NCBI GenBank assembly: GCA_963715195.1
Contig: CAVQRT010000031.1
Location: 160,001-224,000, forward strand
DNA length: 64,000 nucleotides
DNA from: Thermodesulfovibrionales bacterium
Lineage (GTDB): Bacteria > Nitrospirota > Thermodesulfovibrionia > Thermodesulfovibrionales > SM23-35
Direction: 5' to 3'
The translations under genes were made by a program, and so were the position numbers. Positions within the stretch are counted from its first letter, which is position 1, and every line of letters starts with the position of its first letter. Shown piece after piece: positions 44,406-54,700 of the stretch. Below the pieces are notes generated by a model. The model was given only the letters and a program-made list of their open reading frames with translations. It made no database searches and was not told the DNA's origin.

Positions 44406-45770
44406 TTACAGGCTGTATGCCTTTTCACCGTGCTGGCTTTCATCAAGACCGGTGATTTCATGTTCCTCGTGGACCCTGATACCGGTTATCGCTTTCACGA
44501 TCCCGAAGATAATCAGAGTAGCGACAGCACTGTAAACCATAGTTACTACAACAGCGATAATCTGGGTCAGGAGCTGCCCGGGATTACCATACAGAAGCCC
44601 TTTCCCAAGTTCGTTAACCGAAGGATCCGCAAATATCCCCGTCAGTATAGCACCCAGGATTCCACCGACTCCATGGATTCCGAATGCATCGAGTGAATCG
44701 TCATACCCGAGTTTTGGCTTGATCGCTGCGACAGCAAAGTACGGAACGATACCCGCCAGAAGCCCGATGATGAGAGCGCCATTGATATTCACGAAACCAG
44801 CAGCAGGGGTGATCGCCACAAGTCCTGCAACCGCTCCTGAGGCAAGTCCAAGAACAGTCGGTTTTTTCGTATGCATCCATTCCACAAACATCCACGAGAT
44901 AGCTGCCATTGCAGCTGCAGAGTTGGTATTAATGAATGCTGCCCCAGCAAGTCCGTTTGCTGCAACGGCAGATCCTGCGTTGAATCCGAACCACCCGAAC
45001 CAGAGCAGTCCGGCACCGGTTACCACAAGGGTCAGATTGCTTGGTTTCAGGGCTGCCTCTTTTCTCTTGCCAAGCATCAGGGCTCCCATAAGGGCTGCGA
45101 TACCTGCGTTGATATGCACGACGGTTCCACCGGCAAAGTCCAGTGCCCCCAGTTGCGCAAGGAAGCCACCGCCCCATACCCAGTGGGCTACGGGAACATA
45201 CACAAGGGTCATCCACAGTATCGAGAAGAGCACCCATGCAGAAAATTTCATTCTTTCGATAAACGCACCACTTGCGAGGGCCACGGTTATCGCTGCAAAG
45301 GTCATCTGGAATACAACGAATATGTATTCAGGAATAGTCCCCGAGAGGCTGTTGAATTCTACCCCTGCAAGCATGAGTTTTTCTGTCCCGCCAATGATCC
45401 CCTTTATGTCAGTGCCAAAAACGAGGGTATACCCGTATACCACCCAGAGGATGCTCACAATACAGTATGTTACAAAGGACATCGCCATGGTATTCAGGGT
45501 GTCCTTCCGCTTTGCAAGTCCTCCGTAAAAGAGCGCGAGTCCCGGTAGTGTCATGAGCATGACCAGGGCGGTTGCCACAATCATCCATGCAGTGTCACCG
45601 GTATCAATTTTAGCCGGTTCTGCTGCCACCGCTGCTTCTGGAGCAGGCTGAGCAGGCGATGCCTGCTCAGCTGCCGGAGGGGTAGGAGGGTTTGTTACCA
45701 CCTCTTCTGCAAACACTATCCCACTGATAATTGTTAAAAATAAAAATATGAGAATAGTAAATCGTTTCAT
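44406..45770 (-). CDS. amtB: Ammonium transporter
   Basis: [36 protein letters not shown]. Confidence 0.96.
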   Translation of the reverse strand: MKRFTILIFLFLTIISGIVFAEEVVTNPPTPPAAEQASPAQPAPEAAVAAEPAKIDTGDTAWMIVATALVMLMTLPGLALFYGGLAKRKDTLNTMAMSFVTYCIVSILWVVYGYTLVFGTDIKGIIGGTEKLMLAGVEFNSLSGTIPEYIFVVFQMTFAAITVALASGAFIERMKFSAWVLFSILWMTLVYVPVAHWVWGGGFLAQLGALDFAGGTVVHINAGIAALMGALMLGKRKEAALKPSNLTLVVTGAGLLWFGWFGFNAGSAVAANGLAGAAFINTNSAAAMAAISWMFVEWMHTKKPTVLGLASGAVAGLVAITPAAGFVNINGALIIGLLAGIVPYFAVAAIKPKLGYDDSLDAFGIHGVGGILGAILTGIFADPSVNELGKGLLYGNPGQLLTQIIAVVVTMVYSAVATLIIFGIVKAITGIRVHEEHEITGLDESQHGEKAYSL

Positions 45771-45782
45771 CGCAAACCTCCT

Positions 45783-46547
45783 TTAAAAACTTAACGTTAC
45801 ATTAATCCCGCCGTAGAAGATATCCTTGTCGCCGTCGTCGCTGTAAGCTTTCAGAGCTTCTTCAGAGTCGTCACTCAGAGGAAAGGAGTAGGCGATTTTA
45901 GGTGTTACCGTAATAGCCTTCCATACGGGAATATTCAATGATGCAGATAATTCAGCGTTATAGAAATTGCTGAAATCTTCGCCGTCTTCATCAGGGCCCA
46001 TTATCTTGTTATTTATGTTATAGCTTACATATGCGCCCAGATTCAGGTTAGCTCCCTTTGCTACTTCTAATGAATGTCCTATGGATGCCATGACAAATGC
46101 GCCGTTTCCCTCGTCAAAGTCGTAATAGACAGTGAGAGACGGTTTCAGCAGCGTATCATAAGCAGCTGAAAGATATAATTCCTGTGTGTCAGGTGCACCA
46201 TTCAGACCGTAATAAATATAGCCTGTACCGAATGTCCACTTGTCGAGGGACCGGGTGTAGCTCAAAGTCAGGTCGGTTTCACTCACCTCGCCGTGCCCAT
46301 CGCCTTCATCGACCTTTGCATCTGAATCATAGTTAGCCCAGAGGTTTGCCCCGAACACACCATATGTAATTGCCACAGATGGCTGGACAACCCAGCTGTT
46401 GCTGAGCTTCTGACCCCTCCATACATAATTGCTCATTACGTCAACCGATGCAAAACCCGATGTCTCTATTTCCCCGGCAAACGCAGCGCCGGAGGCACAT
46501 AATATTGCTAGAACGACTGTGATACTGAAAACTCTCAAATTTTTCAT
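45783..46547 (-). CDS. Outer-membrane beta-barrel, TorF-like putative porin
   Basis: Signal peptide, SNYVWRG, ETDL, C-terminal Phe; upstream of amtB. Confidence 0.75.
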   Translation of the reverse strand: MKNLRVFSITVVLAILCASGAAFAGEIETSGFASVDVMSNYVWRGQKLSNSWVVQPSVAITYGVFGANLWANYDSDAKVDEGDGHGEVSETDLTLSYTRSLDKWTFGTGYIYYGLNGAPDTQELYLSAAYDTLLKPSLTVYYDFDEGNGAFVMASIGHSLEVAKGANLNLGAYVSYNINNKIMGPDEDGEDFSNFYNAELSASLNIPVWKAITVTPKIAYSFPLSDDSEEALKAYSDDGDKDIFYGGINVTLSF

Positions 46548-46584
46548 TTTCTGACCTCCTGTTTTTTTCTTTAAATTTTGCAGG

Positions 46585-46610
46585 GCAACCCCGAAAGCAT
46601 TCGGGGCTGC
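46585..46610. other. Intergenic hairpin between small HTH gene and porin
   Basis: GCAACCCCGAA-AGCA-TTCGGGGCTGC. Confidence 0.5.
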
Positions 46611-46612
46611 GA

Positions 46613-46789
46613 CTACCTATTATTTCCCGTCTCCTTTCTTATGTTGTATTTCCTGATCTTGTATCCGATCATCCTTTCGGTTATGCCGAGTTTCCCTGCT
46701 GCCCTCGACATAATCCAATTGGACTCCTTCAATGCATTCAGTATTTCTTCCTGTTCAATTTCCTGGACTTTGTCTGTCAGATATCCCAT
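46613..46789 (-). CDS. Stand-alone Fis/NifA-type HTH protein (58 aa), not in ORF track
   Basis: MGYLTDKVQEIEQEEILNALKESNWIMSRAAGKLGITERMIGYKIRKYNIRKETGNNR*. Confidence 0.8.
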   Translation of the reverse strand: MGYLTDKVQEIEQEEILNALKESNWIMSRAAGKLGITERMIGYKIRKYNIRKETGNNR

Positions 46790-46808
46790 CGTGAATACCT
46801 GTCATGAT

Positions 46809-46904
46809 TATATCCAAAACCGTGCCAAGAGGTAACATATTGATTTAATGTGATTCTACGAAGTATAAAATGCGACAAAATTGTATGAAGCTACAAATAT
46901 GTAG
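46809..46904 (-). promoter_or_regulatory. sigma54-type promoter with IHF site and tandem activator sites
   Basis: Minus strand TTGGCACGGTTTTGGATATA; IHF AATCAATATGTTA (46833-46845); CGACA-N4-TGTAT (46873) and CTACA-N4-TGTAG (46891). Confidence 0.72.
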
Positions 46905-47001
46905 GTAAAATGCAGTCACGTTGGGATATGGGCCTCCGATGAAACCCTTTGGAAGTAATGTTGACGATCGAGAAGAGCTGCTTACCTAGCGGAGATATTT
47001 C

Positions 47002-47853
47002 CTATAAAGTTTTATACTCCCCAGTTTCCCTGAAGACGCACATAAGGTGAGTTTTACCTCCCACGACAAAGGGAGCTGCGGAGACATGAACAGAAACAAG
47101 GCTGCCATCCTTTCTCAACAAAGAAATATTGCTCGCGATGTCTATCTCTTCTCTCAGTAACTTCCTAAATTGTGCCATAATATACGGCATATCTTTTTGT
47201 GGATATATATCATCAATCTTGAGTTGCTTGAACTCTTCTCGGCTGTACCCCAGCATTTGATAGAGCGTTTTGTTTACCATGAAAGTTTTTCGCTCTGTCA
47301 TATCGATAAGATGAATGCCGTGATTTGCATAATCAAAAATTTTCCTGAATCTGCCTTCTGATTCTCTCAGTGAAGCTTCGGTTCGTCTGAACTCAGTTAT
47401 ATCTCTCAGGATATGAACAATCCTTACCATCTTGCCATTTTCGTCGAATATAGGATCACTTGAAACTTGCAACCACATGTCTTTCGCGGATAGATAACAC
47501 TCTGCCTCTTCATGTTTTTTTGAGTGATTTATTACGTTAAGAGGACATTCTCTGGGTGCGGAATCTATTTCGTGAATCAATCTGTAGCAGGTCTTACCAA
47601 TGATCTTATGGATAGGTTTTTTGAGAAATCGGGAAGTTGCAAGGTTTGCGTCTATGATACGAAATTTGGTGTCGAGCACCAGGCTGAAATCTTTTGCTGC
47701 ATCAAAGGATGACTGTAAATCTCTTAGTGCATTTTGTGTTTTATCCTTTTCTTTCCCCCGTTCTTTTTCTTTTGCCTCCAACCTCGTCACTTTCTGATGT
47801 GCCTTGACAAGCTCCTTAATGAGTTGGTCTTTTGTTTTGTTGCTGTGTTCCAC
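47002..47853 (-). CDS. Tandem PAS/PAC protein with no output domain
   Basis: N-terminal coiled coil, PAS (CYRLIH...CP, RDITE), second PAS (RKDGS), then stop. Confidence 0.75.
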   Translation of the reverse strand: MEHSNKTKDQLIKELVKAHQKVTRLEAKEKERGKEKDKTQNALRDLQSSFDAAKDFSLVLDTKFRIIDANLATSRFLKKPIHKIIGKTCYRLIHEIDSAPRECPLNVINHSKKHEEAECYLSAKDMWLQVSSDPIFDENGKMVRIVHILRDITEFRRTEASLRESEGRFRKIFDYANHGIHLIDMTERKTFMVNKTLYQMLGYSREEFKQLKIDDIYPQKDMPYIMAQFRKLLREEIDIASNISLLRKDGSLVSVHVSAAPFVVGGKTHLMCVFRETGEYKTL

Positions 47854-48054
47854 TGCTTTATCCTGTTACTGCGTCCTGATTAACTTTTTCTTTCTTCTAT
47901 GTCATTTCCTGACGCGCTCCTCTGTATAGATGAGAGCACGAAATGGATATTTTGTCAATCCTTTTTATCAATCAGGAAATGCCGCGATGTTCTGTTTCAA
48001 AACAAGTTGATTTTGGATTGAAGAGTTGTTGCTTTTGGGAAAGATTGATTGTGT

Positions 48055-48318
48055 TTAGCGGGGTAGAAATATCATGTTGTCACCGTTAATGATTAGTTCA
48101 ACGTCTAAAACTTTAGCGATACCAAAGGCGACATCAAGTGGAATCCGTATTATACCCTTTTCATATTTATAAATTTGCTGTTGGGCGATTTCTTCAGATA
48201 AGCCGATAGTGATGCCGAGATAATATTGAGATATGCCTCTATTCTCGCGGATTTCCTTTAATAGGGACCCTATATTTCTATTTATATCATCGTCGACTTT
48301 TATAATTCTGGATTCCAT
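48055..48318 (-). CDS. XRE-family HTH regulator (paralog 1)
   Basis: IRENRGISQ..LG...QQQIYKYEKG. Confidence 0.85.
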   Translation of the reverse strand: MESRIIKVDDDINRNIGSLLKEIRENRGISQYYLGITIGLSEEIAQQQIYKYEKGIIRIPLDVAFGIAKVLDVELIINGDNMIFLPR

Positions 48319-48320
48319 TA

Positions 48321-48794
48321 TTAGGCCTTATATTTTGATACCACACCTTTTTGTGATGGAAGTCTCCGCAAAAAATTGCTAATGATATCAGTAAGTGTAA
48401 CAATGCCAACAAGTTTTCCTTCATTGACAACAGGTATCTGTTTTACCCTGCGGAGTAACATTATAGAACCAGCTCTAATACTTGGGACGCCACTATTAAT
48501 GGTAATAGGAGGCGAACCCATTATATCTTTGACTTTCATTTCAAAAAGTTTACCGATACGTTCCTCGATATGCTCAAGCTCTGACATATATTGCTCCTCT
48601 TCAATACTCTCAGGGTAACGGGGTAAGATTGCCTTGAAAATATCAGTTTTCGTAATAACGCCAACAACCTTTTCCCCCTCCTTAACAACAAGGCCATTAA
48701 CTCGCGTTTTTTCGAGTATTTTCGAACATTCCTTCAAACTACTATGTGGACTGATTGTATGTACTTTTTTGCTCATAATTTTGTCAATATTCAT
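48321..48794 (-). CDS. Tandem CBS domain protein
   Basis: IMSKKV, VVGVITKTDI, VKDIM, LVGIVTLTDI. Confidence 0.88.
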   Translation of the reverse strand: MNIDKIMSKKVHTISPHSSLKECSKILEKTRVNGLVVKEGEKVVGVITKTDIFKAILPRYPESIEEEQYMSELEHIEERIGKLFEMKVKDIMGSPPITINSGVPSIRAGSIMLLRRVKQIPVVNEGKLVGIVTLTDIISNFLRRLPSQKGVVSKYKA

Positions 48795-48940
48795 AGTTAT
48801 CCCCCCGGTATAAGATTATGTTAACAATATCTCTGTGCTTGTTATTTATAAATACCTAATATTTTCTAAAAGGATAAAGCTACTGGATGCAACATGCATA
48901 GGTATTATTCTGATACCACTCCAATCTTTTTTTTGCATTT

Positions 48941-49243
48941 TTAGCGGGGTATCAGTATCATCTTATTGCTGTTGAAGATAAGATCAATGCTTAGGGTTTT
49001 AGCTATTTTAACGGTGATGTCGATTGGAATACGAATTATGCCTTTTTCATATTTGTAGATATGTTGCTGCGCAATGTCCTCCGAGAGACCAATAGCTATA
49101 CCCAGATCATGTTGAGATATCCCCCTGGCCTCGCGGAACTCCCTAAAATATGTTCCTATGCGGTTGTTTATCTCATTTCTATCTTCAACTTCAACAATTT
49201 TGGTTTCCAAAGGTGGTAACGAGCGGGCGCTTTTTCTGTTCAT
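48941..49243 (-). CDS. XRE-family HTH regulator (paralog 2)
   Basis: FREARGISQHDLG...QQHIYKYEKGIIRIP. Confidence 0.85.
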   Translation of the reverse strand: MNRKSARSLPPLETKIVEVEDRNEINNRIGTYFREFREARGISQHDLGIAIGLSEDIAQQHIYKYEKGIIRIPIDITVKIAKTLSIDLIFNSNKMILIPR

Positions 49244-49258
49244 GTTAACTCCTTCTTC

Positions 49259-50848
49259 CTACATATGACCTACTGATGGTTTATAGAATGGATGTTGAGA
49301 GTAAGCAGAATTGTATTTTCGGGTAGGATTAGTTTTTAACAGATCAAATGCATTCTGGAGTTGAATATCTTTTTTTTCATCAATTGTCATTCTAACAATT
49401 TCTTCAGCTACATCTGTCTTTTCAGTTTCCCAATCAGTCAGATGTATTTCAGGATTTTTTTCTCCTATATCGTGGCCTGACTGTTGACCTAGTCTTATGT
49501 TTGGTTTGACAGCAATATCAGGTGAAATCCCAATTGACTGTATTGAGATTCCTTTTGGCGTATAATACTTTGCTATCGTCAGTTTTACCGCCGAACCATC
49601 CTTAAGGGGTACAACCGACTGAACAGAACCCTTCCCGTAAGTTGTCGTTCCAAGAATAGTAGCCCTATGCCAGTCTTTAAAAGCACCTGCAACTATTTCG
49701 GCGGCACTCGCGGTATTTTCATTGACAAGAACAACTACTGGTAACGCTAAGTAAGGATTATTCTCAGAGCTTCTATGCTCTTTCTTCTGACCTTTTCTAT
49801 TTATTGTATATACCACTAATTTTCCAGAAGGTATGAACTGGCTTGCAACCTTAACTGCGCTATGAAGGAGTCCGCCAGGATTATTCCTAAGATCGAGAAT
49901 AAGACATTTCATATTCTCCCGTTTCAGTTCTGCCATTGCGGCAGAAAATTCTGATGCAGTTTGCTGTTGAAACTGGTGAATTTTTATATAACCTATGCCG
50001 TGTTTGAGCATTTTTGATTTGACACTTTTTATTTTTATTATTTCCCGTGTGATGGTGAAATCCTTTTTCTCTTTCCAGCCATCCCTGAGGATGGTTATCT
50101 TTACCGTAGTTGATGGATTCCCCTTGATCTTGTTAGCGGCATCTTGAAGGCTCATATCTCTGGTAAACACGTTGTTTACCTTCATGATCTTGTCACCGGC
50201 TTTTATGCCGGCCCTGAATGCAGGAGTATTTTCTAGAGATTCGATAACTGTCAGCATGTTTTCTCTCATTCCTGTTTGTATCCCTATTCCTCCGAACTCT
50301 CCTTCTGTCCCATCTTTTATCTCCTTATATTGTTCAGGGATTATGAAAGCAGAATGAGGGTCGAGAGATCCTATCATTCCATTGATTGCACTGTACACCA
50401 AATTTTTCGATTGTATAGCTGTCTGCAATTCTTCAGCATAATTTTCACTGACAAGGGTCAGAGCCTCTCTAAATACTCTTGTCCCCTCGTCTCCATTACC
50501 CGCTGCTTCTATTGTGTTTAACAGGTTGTTTATGAAAATGCGTTTTGAGTCCACGTAATGCTCTCTATCCAGTTTGGGAGTCTCAAGAGAAGCATGTTGA
50601 TCGAGAGACCCCATCATTCCGTTGAGAGCGCTGAGCATAAGATCCTTCGTTTGCACATCTTCTATATAGTTGTTTCTAACAAGAGCTACTGCTTGTTGAA
50701 ATACTTTTATCCCCTCGTTTCTCTTAACCTCTGCTTCTAAATTGCATAAGACTTTGCTTAAAAAAGTAATAGTTACGATAACGGTAATTATCATAACCAG
50801 CGAGAGTATTGCTCTTTTGTCAATCATTTTCTTCTGTATTCTTTTCAT
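49259..50848 (-). CDS. S41A C-terminal processing protease (CtpA-like) with duplicated N-terminal domain
   Basis: N-terminal TM, PDZ (FGGIG), DLRNNPGG, catalytic TASAAE and GKGSVQ. Confidence 0.9.
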   Translation of the reverse strand: MKRIQKKMIDKRAILSLVMIITVIVTITFLSKVLCNLEAEVKRNEGIKVFQQAVALVRNNYIEDVQTKDLMLSALNGMMGSLDQHASLETPKLDREHYVDSKRIFINNLLNTIEAAGNGDEGTRVFREALTLVSENYAEELQTAIQSKNLVYSAINGMIGSLDPHSAFIIPEQYKEIKDGTEGEFGGIGIQTGMRENMLTVIESLENTPAFRAGIKAGDKIMKVNNVFTRDMSLQDAANKIKGNPSTTVKITILRDGWKEKKDFTITREIIKIKSVKSKMLKHGIGYIKIHQFQQQTASEFSAAMAELKRENMKCLILDLRNNPGGLLHSAVKVASQFIPSGKLVVYTINRKGQKKEHRSSENNPYLALPVVVLVNENTASAAEIVAGAFKDWHRATILGTTTYGKGSVQSVVPLKDGSAVKLTIAKYYTPKGISIQSIGISPDIAVKPNIRLGQQSGHDIGEKNPEIHLTDWETEKTDVAEEIVRMTIDEKKDIQLQNAFDLLKTNPTRKYNSAYSQHPFYKPSVGHM

Positions 50849-50992
50849 ACAGATTCATCTCCTTCCCAAACATTTATTGCATTGTTTCTGAATTCCATCT
50901 AAACAATAAATGTTTATATCTATAGCTTGAGATTTTTTTATTCTTTAAACAATCAGGAGAATTTAGAATTTTATGTAATAAAATTTAAAAAA

Positions 50993-51059
50993 AACTTGTA
51001 GGGAAATGCCTAGGAACTTGTAGGGAAATGCCTAGGGAACTTGTAGGGAAATGCCTGGG
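50993..51059. repeat. Three tandem 22-23 bp repeats, putative NarL-family operator array
   Basis: AACTTGTAGGGAAATGCCT(A/G)GG x3; palindromic core TAGG-N6-CCTA. Confidence 0.85.
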
Positions 51060-51099
51060 AATTCTTTCAGGTGGCGTAAATGTAAGGTATGCCTTTTAC

Positions 51100-51750
51100 T
51101 TACAAAGGAGATATTCCATGTTTGATAGCATATCTTACAAGGCTGGGGATATCTTTAATCTCTAATTTCTGCATGACGCGGCTTTTATAGGTATCCACAG
51201 TTTTTGGAGAGATAAATAGAATATTAGAAATCTCTGTACTTGATTTTCCTTCGACGACGAGCTGGAGAATTTCTCTTTCGCGTTTACTAAGAGTTATTAT
51301 CTGGCTTTTTTCTTCAGGGTCCCCTCGCTGTTTTATATAGTCAGTGACTACTTTTTCAGAGATCTCTTGGCTGAGGTAATGTTGTCCTGCTTGCACCCTG
51401 CGTATTGCCTTTACCACTTCTTCACCCGCTGACTCTTTCAATATATAACCCTTTGCTCCTGCTTTTAATGCTTCAAAAATGTACTCTGAAGTATCGAGAA
51501 CAGAGAGTATAATAACGCTTGTAGATGGACAGTTCTCATTAATCTGAACAGTAGCATCAATGCCATTTAATTCAGGCATTGCTATATCCATAATTACTAT
51601 GTCAGGACATATTTTAGTAACTTCATGTACGGCCTGACGACCATTTGAAGCTTCACCTACTATGGAAATGTCTCCTTGCGATTCCAGAATTAAGCGCAAA
51701 CCATCCCTTATAATTGCGTGATCATCTACTAAAAATACACTTGTAGTCAT
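51100..51750 (-). CDS. NarL/LuxR-family response regulator
   Basis: LVDDH, MDIAMP, LSKREREIL, ISPKTVDTY. Confidence 0.94.
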   Translation of the reverse strand: MTTSVFLVDDHAIIRDGLRLILESQGDISIVGEASNGRQAVHEVTKICPDIVIMDIAMPELNGIDATVQINENCPSTSVIILSVLDTSEYIFEALKAGAKGYILKESAGEEVVKAIRRVQAGQHYLSQEISEKVVTDYIKQRGDPEEKSQIITLSKREREILQLVVEGKSSTEISNILFISPKTVDTYKSRVMQKLEIKDIPSLVRYAIKHGISPL

Positions 51751-51755
51751 TGATT

Positions 51756-54700
51756 TTATTTTTTAACCTCAACGATAACCCGTGTTCCTTTTCCCAATGA
51801 GGATTCCACACGGAGTATACCACCTATAGCTTCAACACGTTCTCTCATACCAAGGAGCCCTAATCCTTTTCTGTTAGCATTTGAAGGATCGAAACCAAGG
51901 CCATCATCAGTAATAGTAAGCCTGATTTTTTTTCCTGAATCTTCTAAGGTTATGGTGGCTTTGCTGGCATTAGCGTATTTGGATATATTGGTCAATGATT
52001 CCTGTACAATACGGAAGAGATTAGTCTCAACATCATGCGGTAAGCGTTGTTTAATTTTCCCTCCTTTAAATACTACAGGTATTTTAGTTCGCTGAGAAAA
52101 TCTTTCGCTAAACCAAAGTATTGAGGCCGCTAAGCCATAGTCATCGAGGATCTGTGGGCGGAGATAAGCAATTATATTCCTTATAAGTATCATAATTTTT
52201 TTTACGAGGGCTTTGGAGTCATATAGACTTGCAATTATAGTCGTTTCTGATTTCCCTGATAACTGCTCAAGCAAATAGTCCAAGTTGATACTCAGTGCTG
52301 TTAAAGGTTGCCCCACTTGGTCATGCAGCTCTCTAGTCAGCCCTCGCCGCTCTTCTTCTTGTATATTGGTAATGCGTAAAGAGAGAGCACGTAAATTTTC
52401 ATGGGATTTTTTTAGCGCTTCCTCTGCTTGTTTGCGTTTCGTTATATCGCGGTTACTGGCGCGCACCCCTATGAACATTTCTTGCTTATCGGTTACCGGT
52501 TGACATACATGATCAATCCAGCGTATCTCACCGTCTTTCCGCCTGATCCGAAATACTATACTTTGTGGACCCTGTACATTAAGAGTATCATGACGATGCT
52601 GTAACCAGATATCTTTATCCTCTGGCAATATAATTTCGGAAACAAGATTGGGGTTGTGGGCAAAGTGCTGAGGACTGAATCCAGTGATACGCTCACATGA
52701 TGGCGATATGTACTTCAGAAATCCATCAGGGGTCTCCCAATACTCCCAGTCATGGGTAAAGTCAGCTACTGTACGATAGCGAAGCTCTGCTTTGCGGATT
52801 TTCTCCTCTGCCCGCTTACGATCTGTAATATCGCGAACGATCCCTACAGAACACCACTTATTTTTTAATTTGAGAGCTGATGTAGAAACCTCTATAGGGA
52901 ACTCGGTACCATCTTTTCTGAGAGCAGAGAACTCTAATGTATTTCCAACCGCTATACCTTCACCTGTTTTTGCAAATCTTTTAAATCCTTTTTTGTATTC
53001 TTTGTGGAACCTCTTAGGTGCGAGGAGTAAATGTAAATCCTTGCCTAAAGCTGCTTCCCCTTTGTATCCAAACATTTTTTCTGCAGCAGGGTTCCAATAG
53101 GATACCGTTCCTTCACTATCTAATAAAAAAATTGCATCGATAGCTGTACTGGTAATTGCACGGAATTTTTCTTCACTCTCCTTTAATGCCTCCTCCGCTT
53201 GTTTGCGTTCAGTGATGTTCGTGTCTGCTCCTCTATATCCGAGGAGATTCCCTCCCGCATCAAGTATTGGAACGCCACTGGTTGAAAGCCATACTGTCTT
53301 GCCATTTTTGTGTATATTACTATTGACGTATTCACGAAAAGGTTGTTTTAAAGAAAAAGATTCGAGAGCTGCCTTCTTTAATGTTTCACGATTTTCCGGA
53401 TGGAAAAGATCATAAAAGTGTTTTTTGCCAATAATTTCGGATGCCCTGTAACCAAGTAATCTCTGAACTATCGGACTTGAGTAGGTGTACAAACCTTCCG
53501 CATTAACTTCCCAGATCCATTCCTCGGCATTTTCTGCTATTTGCTTGAAGCGTTCTTCACTGTCCCTCAGCTTATCCTCTGCCTGTTTGCGCTTAGTGAT
53601 GTCCTTGATAACTGCAAACACCATCTTTTGTCCATTGGAAGTAAAACTTGCGGCAGATATCTCAACAGGAAATACACTACCATTCTTTTTCCTGTGGTAT
53701 GCAAGAGGAATATTGACAATTTTGCCAGAAAGTACTTTTCGCAATAATTTTTCAAACAATGACGGATCTACTGAAATATGCTTTCGTTTCTTGTTGAGGA
53801 ATTCTTTATGAGTGTAACCATAAATACGTGAAGCAGCATTATTTGCATCAACAATATGTTGGGTTTTCACATTAGACACTATTATTGCGTCGGTTTCTGC
53901 AACGAATAACTGGCGATATTTTTTCTCGCTCTCCTTCAGTTTGTCTTGTATAAGATTACGTGCAGTTATATCTCTTGCAAAAGCCCAGTTATATTCATTG
54001 CCTTCAAATTCTACAAAATTTACTGTTATCTCCACTGGGAAAGTCTTCCCATATTTGGTTTTATGAAGCGATTCAAATGTAAAGGATTTTCGTTTCTTGA
54101 GATCTTGCCAATGATCTGACCATCTCTTTTTTGAAAACAGAGGATCGATATCATGGACAGTCATAGACAGTAGTTCATGTTGTGAATAGTCAAGAGTCTG
54201 ACAGGCTGCCTGATTAACGTAAATAAAGTGAGCATCTGATTTAATGCAAAAAGCGGAATCTGCAGCGTGATCTATACCAAATTGTATAAACCGCATTGTT
54301 TGTTCAGAATCATGGATTTCTTGTGCCGTTAGATTGACTACGTGTTTTAACTTGCTAATCAAATCAATATTGGATTTTTCATTTAACCTTATGTTTATGT
54401 CTCCTGAGGAAATCTTTCTTAATGCTTCAAATACCTGAGTTATCCCTATGGCTAACTCCATGCTTATTTCTCTTAATTCCTTATCTCTATCGGCAACAAT
54501 CTTTTTGTATTCTTTAAATTGGGTATTGATGACTCTAAAAGTATCTCTCAAAACCGTATCGCCCTTTAAAATAGTATTAATTCTCGACTTAAAGGGTCTG
54601 CAATTAAGACATATCTCCATCTTCTCCAAAAATCTTCCTTGAATTTGATTCCTACAAAGAGTTCCTGGCAATAACCAGCATCTATGATCTTCTGATTTAT

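Noticed and set aside
44719..45548. Long antisense ORFs (269 and 225 aa) and similar shadow ORFs over infB, clpB and dnaK
   Set aside because: Fully overlap conserved genes on the opposite strand and show no motifs
46882..46895. Canonical NifA UAS (TGT-N10-ACA)
   Set aside because: Spacing is N8 here and N7 at 43763; better explained as adjacent ACA-N4-TGT sites
48055..49243. Toxin-antitoxin modules
   Set aside because: Neighbours of the XRE genes are CBS, PAS and protease genes; no toxin-like ORF
50993..51059. CRISPR array
   Set aside because: Repeats are directly adjacent with no spacers, and there are no cas genes
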